Source: Acidimicrobiia bacterium
GTDB lineage: Bacteria > Actinomycetota > Acidimicrobiia > Spongiisociales > Spongiisociaceae
NCBI GenBank assembly: GCA_963663955.1
Contig: OY760694.1
Span: 1,412,882 to 1,476,881, forward strand
Length of the DNA: 64,000 bases
Direction of reading: 5' to 3'
This document shows positions 28,332 through 38,258 of the stretch, piece after piece. The notes beneath the pieces are model-generated. The model was not told where the DNA came from and searched no databases. It saw only the letters and a program-made list of their open reading frames with translations. Each line of letters starts with the position of its first letter. Position 1 is the stretch's first letter. A program made the position numbers and the translations under genes.

Positions 28332-29384
28332 TTACCCCGGATCCGAGTCTCGGGTGAGAAGCCGGGCCGGGTTGGTTACCAGTAGCTTCTCGATCAGTTG
28401 GTCGTCAGCGCCGTATGTGACCCGCATCCGGGGAACGACCCGGGCGAGGACATGGTTGTAACCGAGACCTCCGTAGCGGAGCAGGTAGTGTTTCTTGTGC
28501 ATGTCCTGGGACATCAGCAGTTGATCCTCGAAGCCCTCCTCCACAAGGGCGAGCATGGTTTCCAGCTTGGCCTGGTCGCTCTTCGACTTCCATTTCGGTT
28601 CGAAGTACCCGTCCTGGCCGAAGCTGTCGAACCCGACCAGCGGGCCTCGATCGAGGACGGCGCGGTGGTACCGGAGGTCCGTGATCTCGTCGAGGTGGGA
28701 CAGCGAGGTCCGTTCCGGCGGATGGCCCTCCTCCTCGAGGATGTCCAGGATCCGTTGCACCACCTCGAGGGCCGGGGGGTGGCAATGGACGTTGATGGGG
28801 GTGTCGGTGTCGACCGCCACCTGAGCGGATGCCCGTAGCACTCGTTCCTCCACGTCGAACAGGGTTTCGGACGTGCCGATCTCCCCGATGATGCCGGGAC
28901 GGATCGATGTGCCGGCGATGCCTTGGGTAACTTCGGAGAGCAAGAAGTCGGCCAGTTCCGGAACGTTCATCTCCTCCACCCAGGGAGGGTGCAGAGCACT
29001 CACGTAGAACCCCGTTCCGGCCACGATGTGGACTCCAAGGTCTACCGAGAGCCGCGCCAAAGCCTCGGGTTCCGGGTTGAGGCCGATCACGGTCAACTCC
29101 ACGATGGCGCCGCCGCCGGCTCGCACGTACTCGGCGACCTCCTCGGAGATGAGCTCGTAATCATGCTCGGGACTCTGCACTAGGTTGCTGCGGTAGGCCG
29201 ATTGGTTCCAGCGGCTTACCCCCGCCAGCCGGGTTTCGAAGGTTCGCGTGCCAGCCTCGCTGTCGAGGATCTCGTCGGAAGGACTCCAGGCATGGCGTAC
29301 GTCCAGGAAGATGTGCTCGTGCGTCATCGTCGGGCCCAACTCCGTCGGGCTGACCGGGCCAAGAACGGTCATGACATGCGGCAC
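28332..29384 (-). CDS. Phosphotriesterase (PTE/Php)-family lactonase-like hydrolase
   Basis: MTVLGPV, THEH, VAGTGFY, GIIGEIG, NVH, SHLD, MSQD, NPARLL. Confidence 0.92.
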   Translation of the reverse strand: MPHVMTVLGPVSPTELGPTMTHEHIFLDVRHAWSPSDEILDSEAGTRTFETRLAGVSRWNQSAYRSNLVQSPEHDYELISEEVAEYVRAGGGAIVELTVIGLNPEPEALARLSVDLGVHIVAGTGFYVSALHPPWVEEMNVPELADFLLSEVTQGIAGTSIRPGIIGEIGTSETLFDVEERVLRASAQVAVDTDTPINVHCHPPALEVVQRILDILEEEGHPPERTSLSHLDEITDLRYHRAVLDRGPLVGFDSFGQDGYFEPKWKSKSDQAKLETMLALVEEGFEDQLLMSQDMHKKHYLLRYGGLGYNHVLARVVPRMRVTYGADDQLIEKLLVTNPARLLTRDSDPG

Positions 29385-29600
29385 GGTTTCCTCCGGAGAA
29401 CTCGAATAGGCACCTAGCAGTGCGATCTTGGCCGGTAAGCCTAATGCGGGTATCCGACGCTTATCCGCTCTGAGGGTTCGTCAGGAAGCCTTACGTCGCG
29501 GAGAAGTCGGTGGTGGGGTGGGCCTCCTGTGGGGGTGTCACGGTCCCACCCCCCCCCCCTTAGACTATCGGGTGACTCCGAAGCGGGTGATGAGTAGCGC

Positions 29601-32003
29601 GTGTCCACAGATTTCCTTCCCGAAGGTCCGCCTCAGGTGGGCGAACTCGTCCAGGTCAGGTCGCGGCGCTGGATCGTGGAGGAAGTTGCCGACTCGAACA
29701 ACCCGGTGGAATCGGCGCGGGTACGGTTGGCATGCGTGGATGACGACAACCAGGGCGCTTCCCTGGAGGTGTTCTGGAAGTACGAGCCGGACCGCCTGAT
29801 CGTCGAGGATGCGGGTTGGACGGACCTGGCAACCAATGGTTTCGATCCCCCGCACCGATTCTCCGCCTTCCTCAATACATTGCGATGGAACTGCACCACC
29901 GCCACCGACCCGAACCTCTTCCAATCGCCCTTCCGGGCCGGGATCACCCTCGACGCCTACCAGATGGAGCCCCTCCGCAAGGCGCTGCTTCTCCCGCGGG
30001 TCAACCTGCTGATCGCCGACGACACCGGCTTGGGCAAGACCATCGAGGCGGGTCTGATTACCCGCGAGCTGCTGCTGCGCCGCAAGGTGAAGGTGATCGT
30101 GGTAGCGGCGCCACCCTCGATGCTGGAGCAGTGGAAGGGCGAGATGGAGGACCGGTTCGGTCTCGTGTTCGAGGTACTCGACCGAGGCTACGTGTCGAGG
30201 ATGCGCCGCGAGCGCGGTTTCGGGGTGAACCCCTGGCGTACCCACAGCCGGTTCTTGATTTCCCACCGCCTGCTGATCGATCCGTCCTACACCGACCCCA
30301 TGCGTGAGTGGCTTGGCGAGCAGCGTGCCGGAAGCCTCCTGATTCTCGACGAGGCGCATCACGCCGCTCCGTCCTCCGGTGGCAGGTACGGTATCGAGAC
30401 GAAGTTCACCAGAGCGGTGCGTGATCTGGCCCATCGGTTCGAGCATCGTCTGTTCCTGTCCGCCACCCCCCACAACGGCCATTCCAACAGCTTCTCCACC
30501 TTGCTGGAACTGCTGGACCCGTTTCGTTTCACCAGGGGCGTCAAGGTGACCCGGCCGAAGACCGATCTGGCGCCCGTGATGGTGCGACGCCTGAAGGAGG
30601 ACATCCGGGCCTTGCAGGGCGGGTTTCCCGAACGCAACGTACGACGGATCGAGATCGGCGGCCTCCCCTCGGACGCTCCCGAACTGGTGCTCTCCCGCCT
30701 ACTCGACGAGTACCGGACGGCCCGGGAGGAACGTTATAAGTCGGAGCCGAGCCGGATGCGGCATGCCGCCGGGTTGATGGTGGTGGGCTTGCAGCAACGC
30801 TTGCTGTCGTCGATCGACGCGTTTGCCCGCACCCTCAAGGTGCATCGCCGCACCGTGCTGCGGCATTGGAACAATCCTCCGGAAGGTGTCGGCGGGCGGT
30901 CCACAATAGGCGACGCCGACCAGATCCACGCTTTTGTAAAGGCGCCCGACGCCGACGACGAAAACGCCGAGTGGTCCACGGAGGAGGCCTCCGCCGATGA
31001 GGTGAACCAAATCGAGGAAATCGCCGCGGCCGCCCTCCCTTCTCGGGATGCTGAGACAGTGGCCTGGGAGCGGGAACAGGATCTCCTCCGGCGCATGCAG
31101 GAGATCGCAGACGAGACCAAGCATTTGCCCGATGCCAAGACCAGGTGGCTCCTCGAGTGGATTCGCCGCAACCAGTGCCCGAAGCTACCCGACTGGGGCA
31201 AGCCGGTTACGGGTCCAACCCCTGCTTGGACGGACCGCCGCGTGCTGATCTTCACGGAGAACCGGGTCGGTACCAAGCAGTACTTGAAGTCGATCCTCGA
31301 GCAGGCTATCGACGGTACCGACCGAGCTCATGAGCGGATCGCCGTGATCGAGGGGCCGACCAGTCCGGGGAGTCGTCGCGAGATCCAGCGCCGCTTCAAC
31401 GCCGATCCCGCTGACGAGCCGCTGCGGATCCTGATCGCGACCGACGCCGCCAGGGAGGGACTGAACCTGCAAGCCCACTGTTCGGACATGTTCCATTTCG
31501 ACCTGCCCTGGAACCCGGGCCGCATCGAGCAGCGCAACGGACGCATCGACCGCAAGCTGCAACCGGCCTCCGAGGTCAACTGCCACTACTTCGTGCTTCC
31601 GCAGCGGGTAGAGGACCGGGTACTCGAGGTACTGGTCACCAAGACCGAGACCATCAAGAGAGAGCTAGGCGGACTGCCGAAGGTGATCGAAGACGCCGTC
31701 GAGCAACGCTTGACCCGACACGGTATTCGCCACCGGGACGTCGAAGACCTGCGGCGGGATATCGAGGCCGAGTCGCCGGAGAACCTGAAGCAGCGAGCAG
31801 CCGCCGAAGAAGTCGAGGCGGCCCGCGAACGGCGTGAGGATCTCCACAACCAGATCGAGCGGTGCCGGTCGCTACTGGAGAAGTCTCGGGACTGGGTGAA
31901 GTTCTCGGCGGAGCCGTTCCGCCAGGCAATCAACTGTGCCTTAGAACTCATCAAAGCCCCCCCCCTTTCCTATCGAAGAATATTGATAACCAAGGTTTTA
32001 TAA
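29601..32003 (+). CDS. drmD: DISARM SNF2-like helicase DrmD (main ORF; full gene about 29601-32901 with two -1 frameshifts)
   Basis: LIADDTGLGKTIEAG, ILDEAHHAAP, LSATPHNGH, ATDAAREGLNLQ, DLPWNPGRIEQRNGRIDR; sits upstream of an MTase and drmABC. Confidence 0.88.
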   Translation: MSTDFLPEGPPQVGELVQVRSRRWIVEEVADSNNPVESARVRLACVDDDNQGASLEVFWKYEPDRLIVEDAGWTDLATNGFDPPHRFSAFLNTLRWNCTTATDPNLFQSPFRAGITLDAYQMEPLRKALLLPRVNLLIADDTGLGKTIEAGLITRELLLRRKVKVIVVAAPPSMLEQWKGEMEDRFGLVFEVLDRGYVSRMRRERGFGVNPWRTHSRFLISHRLLIDPSYTDPMREWLGEQRAGSLLILDEAHHAAPSSGGRYGIETKFTRAVRDLAHRFEHRLFLSATPHNGHSNSFSTLLELLDPFRFTRGVKVTRPKTDLAPVMVRRLKEDIRALQGGFPERNVRRIEIGGLPSDAPELVLSRLLDEYRTAREERYKSEPSRMRHAAGLMVVGLQQRLLSSIDAFARTLKVHRRTVLRHWNNPPEGVGGRSTIGDADQIHAFVKAPDADDENAEWSTEEASADEVNQIEEIAAAALPSRDAETVAWEREQDLLRRMQEIADETKHLPDAKTRWLLEWIRRNQCPKLPDWGKPVTGPTPAWTDRRVLIFTENRVGTKQYLKSILEQAIDGTDRAHERIAVIEGPTSPGSRREIQRRFNADPADEPLRILIATDAAREGLNLQAHCSDMFHFDLPWNPGRIEQRNGRIDRKLQPASEVNCHYFVLPQRVEDRVLEVLVTKTETIKRELGGLPKVIEDAVEQRLTRHGIRHRDVEDLRRDIEAESPENLKQRAAAEEVEAARERREDLHNQIERCRSLLEKSRDWVKFSAEPFRQAINCALELIKAPPLSYRRILITKVL

Positions 32004-32901
32004 CCTGGACCTTCCCCGCGCTGGAACAGCGGGCTTCCACCGATCCAAGCTGGATTTCGACCCTCGACTCCCTGCGAGCACCTCGCAAGATCGACCAGAA
32101 TATTCCCGACTGGCGCCGCGACGCTCCCCTCCGACCCGTCGTGTTCGAGGACACCGGCCGCCTCGACGACCAGACCGTCCATCTGCATCTCGAGCAGCGG
32201 GTGGCGCAGCGGCTGCTGGCCCGCTTCCGTTCCCAAGGCTTTATCCATCACGATCTGTCGCGGGCCTGCCTGGCCCAGGCGAAGGATTCGATCCCTCGCG
32301 TCATCCTGCTGGGACGCCTGTCGCTATACGGCCGGGGGCCGAACGCCTGCACGAGCAGATCGTGCCGGTGGCGGCCCGATGGATCGACACCGACCGCCGC
32401 ACCGGACCACTGCGCGCCTACGCCCGAGACGCGCAGGAGCTGACCATGAAGCTGCTCGACGAGTCGTTGCGCTCTGGAGAAGCGAGGCAGCCGAACGAGG
32501 TCGTGCGCCAGAGGCTGCTGGTCGCCGCCGCGCAGGATATTGCCGACCTCCGTCCTCAGCTCGAGCCGCGGGCCGATGAGTTCGCAGCAACAGCGGAACG
32601 TCGACTGTCCGAGCGGGGCGACCGGGAGGAACGCGCCCTGCGGGAGACGCTGGAAGGCCACCGCGCTCAGGTGGTCGCCCAACTCCAGCGTTACGAACGC
32701 GACCATAAGCAGCTCTCCTTCGGGTTCAACGCTCAGGAGATGCGGCAGCTGAATGCCGATATCCGCCACTGGCGAACCCGCCTCAGACAGTTCGACAGGG
32801 ACTTGGCGGACGAACCCGGCAGGGTGCGCCGGTTTTATGAAGTGCAGGTGAAGCGGGTCGAGCCGGTGGGCCTCGTCTACTTGTGGCCGGAGACGAACTG
32901 A
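31966..32901 (+). pseudogene. drmD: Frameshifted C-terminal part of DrmD
   Basis: Continues in the -1 frame after C9 (31957-31965) as WTFPALEQR...VHLHLEQRVAQRLL...GRLSLYG, then -1 again at G5 (32334-32338) to AERLHEQ...RVEPVGLVYLWPETN; its stop overlaps the drmMI ATG. Confidence 0.8.
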
Positions 32902-35900
32902 TGGCGAAGCCGGACCGCCAAATCATGGCCCATCTGGAGTGGATCGGCTTCGTCAGGCCCACCGGCCTGGTGGTGTCGGCGCCCGCCTTGGTGAAGGCGG
33001 GCGTGATCCTGAACCGCCGGGACATCGCCGGCCAGAACCTGCTCCGAGACTGCGTCGAAAACGGCGCCCATCTGGCGGGAACGACGCCCACCGATCAGGG
33101 GCCCGTGCTAACCGATTTCCGGGTGTTCGCCGAACGGGTGCTGGGCTGGAACTTCTCCCCCAAGGGCTACGCCGGTACCGAGGCGATGCCGATCCCGACC
33201 GAGCTCGAGTTGCCGCTGCCCGAGTCCGGAGACGTGGTAAGGCCCGACTTCGCGGTTCGAATAGAACCCGTCCGGTCTTCGACTCCCCCACCGACCGGAG
33301 AGGCGGGAGATGGAACCTCGCCCTGGCAACTCCTGGTGAGCGTACGCGCACCAGGCGAGAACCTCGACCGCGCGACCTCCGGCGGCGGGGCACTGGAGCT
33401 GTCCCCTCACGGCCGGATGGAGCGCCTGTTACGCCATACCGGGGTACCGGCCGGACTTCTCTTCAACGGGGAAACCATCCGGCTCGTCTCCGCGCCGCGG
33501 GGCGAGAGTTCGGGTTGGCTGGACTTCCGAGTTCGTGACATGGTCGAGACTGCGGGGCGTCCGATCTGCACGGCGATGCGTCACCTCCTCGACCAGAATC
33601 GCCTCCTCTCTCAGCCTCGCGACAAGCGGCTGGCGGCACTGCTGGAGGACAGCCGCAAGTTCCAGAACAAGGTGTCGGAACACCTCGCCGACCAAGTGTT
33701 GCACGCTTTGTACGAGCTGTTGCGAGGATTCCAGGCTGCCCACGACGCGTCCGGCGGCCAATTGCTGCGACGGTGGTTGGACGAAGACCCAGACGAGATC
33801 TACCGGGCACTGCTCACCGTGGTGCTGCGCCTCGTCTACCTGCTGTATGCCGAGGAGCGGGATCTGCTCCCCCAGGACGAGACCTTTCTGGGCGCCTACT
33901 CGGTGTCGGGGCTCTACGAGCGTTTGCGAGCCGACGCCTCCTTGTTCCCCGACACGATGGACCAGCGTTACGGGGCATACGCCCAGCTCTTGGCAGTGTG
34001 GCGGATGGTCCACGCCGGCGCCCACGCCCCGCAGATGGACATGGCCCCCAAGTATGGCGACCTGTTCCATCCTGATCGCTACCCGTTTCTCGAGGGCCGG
34101 ACCGCCGGGGCGTGGCAGGTGCTGGAGCGGATCGATCCGCCTCGCGTGGGAGACGGCGTCATCCACCGGGTGCTGGAGAAGCTCATCGTCCTCGACGCCG
34201 AGCGCATCTCCTACCGGGCGCTTGATGTCGAACACATCGGATCGGTCTACGAGACCATGATGGGCTTCCGCCTCGAGACGGCAGCGGGTAGAAGCGTTGC
34301 TATCAAGACGCCCAAGAAGCACGGCGCGCCGACCACCGTGAACCTCGAAGCCCTTCTGGATCAGCACCCGTCCAAGCGCATCAAGTGGCTCAAAGACCGC
34401 ACCGACCGCAAGCTCTCAACCAAGGTGAGCAGGGCGGTTCGGGCGGCCGACACCATGGACGAACTGCACGCCGCTCTTGATGGGGTTGTCGATCGTAACG
34501 CCACCCCCGACCTGGTTCCGGCGGGCGCCATGGTTCTGCAACCGAGCGAGGAACGCCGCCGGTCGGGATCGCATTACACGCCTCGCGAGCTGACCGAACC
34601 GATCGTAAGAACCGCGCTGGAACCGATTCTGGCCCGCCTGTCCGAAGAGTCCGGCGGTTCCATCCACCCCGAGCAGATCCTCGACCTCAAGGTGTGCGAC
34701 CCGGCCATGGGTTCCGGGGCCTTTCTGGTAGAGGCCTGCCGCCAACTGGCCGATAACTTGATCGAAGCCTGGCGCGCCCACAGCGCCACCCCCGAGATTC
34801 CCCCGGATGAGGACGAGCAGATCTTCGCCCGGCGGTTGGTGGCGCAGCGCTGCCTCTACGGGGTGGATCGCAATCCCAAAGCGGTAGACCTCGCCAAGCT
34901 GTCCTTGTGGTTGATCACCCTGGCCAAGGACCATCCCCTGACCTTTCTCGACCACGCCCTGCGGCATGGCGACTCGCTGGTCGGGCTGTCGATACCGCAG
35001 ATTCGGGCCTTCCACTGGAAAGGGAACGCCCCTAACTTCGAGGACGGTTTCGAAGCGCTGCGAGGACAGGAGCACCTGGACAAAGCGGCCGAGTTGCGCC
35101 GTCAGATCCGTGAAGCGGACGACGACGTGTCGGACTGGGAACGGCGCGACTGGCTGAGAGAGGCGGAGGAGGAGACCAACGCGGTGCGCCTTCTTGGGGA
35201 CCTGGTACTGGCGGCCTTCTTCAAAGGGTCCAAGCCCAAGGAGCGGGAGACGCGCCGCCAGGAGTTCGCGCACCAGATGCTCACCGGAGAAGCCGACCAA
35301 CACAGGGAATGGCTGGCAGAACTGCGTGGCGATGATCCACCGCTGACCCCGTTTCACTGGCCTATCGAGTATCCCGAAGTGTTCGACCGACCCAACCCGG
35401 GGTTTGACACCATAGTGGGCAACCCGCCCTTTGCCGGAAAGAACACCGTGTCGGCATCGAACGTGAGCTTCTATCCGCATTGGCTGAAGGAGATGCATAC
35501 TGGGAGTCACGGTGCTGCCGACTTGGTGGCTCATTTCTTCCGCCGCGCCTTCGACTTGATCCGCGCTGGTGGAGCATTCGGCTTGATCGCCACCAATACT
35601 ATTGCTCAAGGCGATACCCGAGCCAGTGGCCTACGTTGGATATGCCAGAACGGCGGGGAGATATATCACGCACGGCGGCGGGTTAAATGGCCCGGCTTGG
35701 CCGCGGTGGTGGTAAGTGTCGTTCATGTGAGCAAGGGGCCTCTTAGCGGGACCAAGATCCTTGACAACCGGGAAGTCGAGACGATTACCGCCTTTCTGTT
35801 CCATCGGGGCCATCATGATGATCCCCCGAGGCTACGTATCAACCGTGGTAAGAGTTATCAAGGCGATATTCTACGTGGTATGGGTTTTACATTTGGTAAC

Positions 35901-36956
35901 TCCGATAGTGTCGGGGCTCCGTCACCGATATCAGAGATGAATCAACTACTTCTACGCAACCCGGATAACCAGAGGGCTATCCTCCCATATATAGGTGGAA
36001 AGGAACTCAACGTACACCCAACCCATAATCATCAGCGATATGTCATAGATCTTAATGAGCGAAGCTACGAATACAGTCTTAAACGTTGGCCAGAACTAAT
36101 AGCAATTGTGGAGGCGCGAGTTAAGCCAGCTAGAGACCGCCTCAAACGAATCCCAAGCAATGAGAGCGACATAAGTAGGTGGTGGTGCTTTTCTGCGTAC
36201 AGGATAGGTTTGCGTAAAGCTATACAAAGCTTAGATCGGGTACTGGCGAACTCTCAAGTTAGTAACAATCTGCAGTTCGCCTTCCTGCCATCGAACATGG
36301 TGTACTCCCATGCGTTGAACGTCTATCCACTTGACACCTACGCCGCGTTCTGCGCTCTTCAGGCCCGCCCACACGAGACCTGGGCACGTTTCTTCGGATC
36401 GTCGATGAAGGACGACCTGCGCTACACACCCTCGGATTGTTTCGAGACCTTCCCCTTCCCCGAGGGCTGGGAAACCCGACCCGACCTCGAAGCGGTCGGC
36501 AAGGAATACTACGAGTTCCGGGCCGCGTTGATGGTGCGCAACGACGAGGGGATGACCAAGACCTACAACCGCTTCCACGATCCCTACGAGAACGCCCCCG
36601 ACATCGCCGAACTCCGCCGACTGCACGCGGTTATGGACCGAGCCGTGCTCGACGCCTACGGTTGGCGTGACATCCCCACCGATTGCGAGTTCCTGCTCGA
36701 CTACGAGATCGACGAAGAAACCTGGAGCCCGCGCAAGAAGAAGCCCTACCGCTACCGCTGGCCCGATGAAGTTCGCGACGAGGTCTTGGCCCGCCTGCTG
36801 GAACTCAACGCCCACCGCGCCGCCGAGGAAGCCCGCGCCGGACTCGCCAATCCCGCTACGAAACCAGAGTCGGCAAAACGATCTCCGCGTAAAGCAGGTG
36901 GTGTCTCATCCGCAGAGTCCGCTTCGCCTCGTACACTTTGGGACAGCCGTCACTAG
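32901..36956 (+). CDS. drmMI: DISARM class I N6-adenine DNA methyltransferase DrmMI (Eco57I/type IIG-like)
   Basis: GSHYTP, VCDPAMGSGAFL (motif I), LYGVD, FHWPIEYPEVF, IVGNPPF (motif IV), RYTPSDCFETFPFP, LH..MDRAVLDAYGW. Confidence 0.88.
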   Translation: MAKPDRQIMAHLEWIGFVRPTGLVVSAPALVKAGVILNRRDIAGQNLLRDCVENGAHLAGTTPTDQGPVLTDFRVFAERVLGWNFSPKGYAGTEAMPIPTELELPLPESGDVVRPDFAVRIEPVRSSTPPPTGEAGDGTSPWQLLVSVRAPGENLDRATSGGGALELSPHGRMERLLRHTGVPAGLLFNGETIRLVSAPRGESSGWLDFRVRDMVETAGRPICTAMRHLLDQNRLLSQPRDKRLAALLEDSRKFQNKVSEHLADQVLHALYELLRGFQAAHDASGGQLLRRWLDEDPDEIYRALLTVVLRLVYLLYAEERDLLPQDETFLGAYSVSGLYERLRADASLFPDTMDQRYGAYAQLLAVWRMVHAGAHAPQMDMAPKYGDLFHPDRYPFLEGRTAGAWQVLERIDPPRVGDGVIHRVLEKLIVLDAERISYRALDVEHIGSVYETMMGFRLETAAGRSVAIKTPKKHGAPTTVNLEALLDQHPSKRIKWLKDRTDRKLSTKVSRAVRAADTMDELHAALDGVVDRNATPDLVPAGAMVLQPSEERRRSGSHYTPRELTEPIVRTALEPILARLSEESGGSIHPEQILDLKVCDPAMGSGAFLVEACRQLADNLIEAWRAHSATPEIPPDEDEQIFARRLVAQRCLYGVDRNPKAVDLAKLSLWLITLAKDHPLTFLDHALRHGDSLVGLSIPQIRAFHWKGNAPNFEDGFEALRGQEHLDKAAELRRQIREADDDVSDWERRDWLREAEEETNAVRLLGDLVLAAFFKGSKPKERETRRQEFAHQMLTGEADQHREWLAELRGDDPPLTPFHWPIEYPEVFDRPNPGFDTIVGNPPFAGKNTVSASNVSFYPHWLKEMHTGSHGAADLVAHFFRRAFDLIRAGGAFGLIATNTIAQGDTRASGLRWICQNGGEIYHARRRVKWPGLAAVVVSVVHVSKGPLSGTKILDNREVETITAFLFHRGHHDDPPRLRINRGKSYQGDILRGMGFTFGNSDSVGAPSPISEMNQLLLRNPDNQRAILPYIGGKELNVHPTHNHQRYVIDLNERSYEYSLKRWPELIAIVEARVKPARDRLKRIPSNESDISRWWCFSAYRIGLRKAIQSLDRVLANSQVSNNLQFAFLPSNMVYSHALNVYPLDTYAAFCALQARPHETWARFFGSSMKDDLRYTPSDCFETFPFPEGWETRPDLEAVGKEYYEFRAALMVRNDEGMTKTYNRFHDPYENAPDIAELRRLHAVMDRAVLDAYGWRDIPTDCEFLLDYEIDEETWSPRKKKPYRYRWPDEVRDEVLARLLELNAHRAAEEARAGLANPATKPESAKRSPRKAGGVSSAESASPRTLWDSRH

Positions 36957-37016
36957 GCTGGGCACCGGAGGAGTTAGCTGCCGAGTCACGCTGAGAAGCC
37001 TCGCGGGGAGGGTCGG

Positions 37017-37409
37017 ATGGAAGCCAAGCTGAAGCATCTGGAGTTGATCCAGGGTGTCATCAACCGCATGGCCTTCAACTCCTTCATGCTGAAGGGGTGG
37101 AGCGTCGTGCTGGTATCGGCGGTGCTCCTTCTGGTCTCACCTCAGGATGGCGACAACCGGGCGCTTATCGGCCTATTACCCACGCTGGTGTTCTGGGGTT
37201 TGGATGGCTATTTCCTGCGCCAGGAGCGCCTATATCGTGCCCTGTATGATCAGGTACGGGTGTTGGCGCCAGACGAGATAGACTTCTCCATGAGAACAGA
37301 CATTTGGAGCCCCGACCTGACTTGGCTCTCGGCTTTTCTTTCGATAACTCTTATCCCCTTCTACGCCGCGGTGCTAGTAGGTGTGGTATTAGCAGTTCTG
37401 CTGGGTTGA
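37017..37409 (+). CDS. Small 3-TM membrane protein, putative defence effector
   Basis: KHLELIQGVINRMAFNSFMLKGW...FWGLDGYFLRQERLYRALYD; GGAGG RBS; located inside the DISARM locus. Confidence 0.8.
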   Translation: MEAKLKHLELIQGVINRMAFNSFMLKGWSVVLVSAVLLLVSPQDGDNRALIGLLPTLVFWGLDGYFLRQERLYRALYDQVRVLAPDEIDFSMRTDIWSPDLTWLSAFLSITLIPFYAAVLVGVVLAVLLG

Positions 37410-37426
37410 CCGAGGAGCTACTCGAA

Positions 37427-37500
37427 TTGGCTCGCAGAGATTCTTCAGATTCGAATCACGATCACGAGGTAACGGGACTCGTCAGGAAACCACCGATCAC
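37427..37500 (+). pseudogene. Possible decayed 5' remnant of a ThsB/MTH538-like TIR gene
   Basis: GAGGAG RBS (37412-37417), then TTG GCT CGC AGA G-A TTC TTC AGA TTC GAA = M-A-R-R-x-F-F-R-F-E, resembling the MARRVFFSF start of such TIR proteins; later GTC AGG AAA C CAC resembles VRNH. Confidence 0.4.
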
Positions 37501-37553
37501 CTGACTCCCGTTCGGGGCGACCATTCCCACCAGCACGCGGGAGGCTCTATTTC

Positions 37554-38258
37554 CTAAGTGAGGCCATCGCCCGGCGAGGAAACCGCGTATCCGAGCTTCT
37601 TCAGCGCCCTGGCCGCCGTGCCTGGATACCTCGTGGCGGTCGCCGCGGCCTGGATGTGCTCCCATTGGCGAAGTGATCCCAGTACCTCTCGCTTCCATCC
37701 GGGCTTGAAATCGGTGTACAGCTTTTCGCGGTTGAGGAAGAGCAGGAAGTCCTCGAGCGTGGGGCGGAACCGCGGGCCACCCACGGGGAAGTGGAGTGCG
37801 TGAAGGTCCGGCGCAGCACGACCGCTCGACCCGTAAACCCACGCCATCTCCGGTGAGTTGGCGTGGAGATGAACATGCGCCGCCGGTCGATCGTCAGTCC
37901 GGGGATACCGGTCGTACTCGATCCTTATCAACGGACGGTGTTTCTTCCGGCCTCCGGTTACGTCCACCCACAGCCCGATTGTGGACGTCACGACCCGTAT
38001 ATACGTACCGTCTCCCGCCATCTCGACCATGTAACGAACCTTCGTCAGGAGCACCGGCGCTGAAGGATCCTCATCCGCCCGAACGAGCGGAAACCCATCA
38101 GACCACGCTCCCATTCTCGATGCTCTAATCCGCGCCCGCTTACGGTCGGAGGTCAACTCTGCCACAAACCTGACATCGGTGTGGATCGCGGATACGACTA
38201 TGTGGTTGAGAGTTGCTATGAATTCCTCGGTGACAGTCTTGAGTGTTTGTTCGTTCAC
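37554..38258 (-). CDS. Hypothetical protein, putative toxin (RxEYD...HxHxH...LHFP motif)
   Basis: 234 aa; RIEYDR...PAAHVHLHA...LHFPVGGPRFRPTLEDFL; GTG start overlaps the upstream TGA (GTGA coupling). Confidence 0.75.
   Translation of the reverse strand: MNEQTLKTVTEEFIATLNHIVVSAIHTDVRFVAELTSDRKRARIRASRMGAWSDGFPLVRADEDPSAPVLLTKVRYMVEMAGDGTYIRVVTSTIGLWVDVTGGRKKHRPLIRIEYDRYPRTDDRPAAHVHLHANSPEMAWVYGSSGRAAPDLHALHFPVGGPRFRPTLEDFLLFLNREKLYTDFKPGWKREVLGSLRQWEHIQAAATATRYPGTAARALKKLGYAVSSPGDGLT

Noticed and set aside
29511-29560. G-rich/C-rich inverted repeat with a C11 run upstream of drmD as a phase-variable promoter or att site
   Set aside because: No recognisable -35/-10 pair flanks the tract and no matching copy was found at the right end of DISARM; it may be a simple hairpin. 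Read data would be needed.
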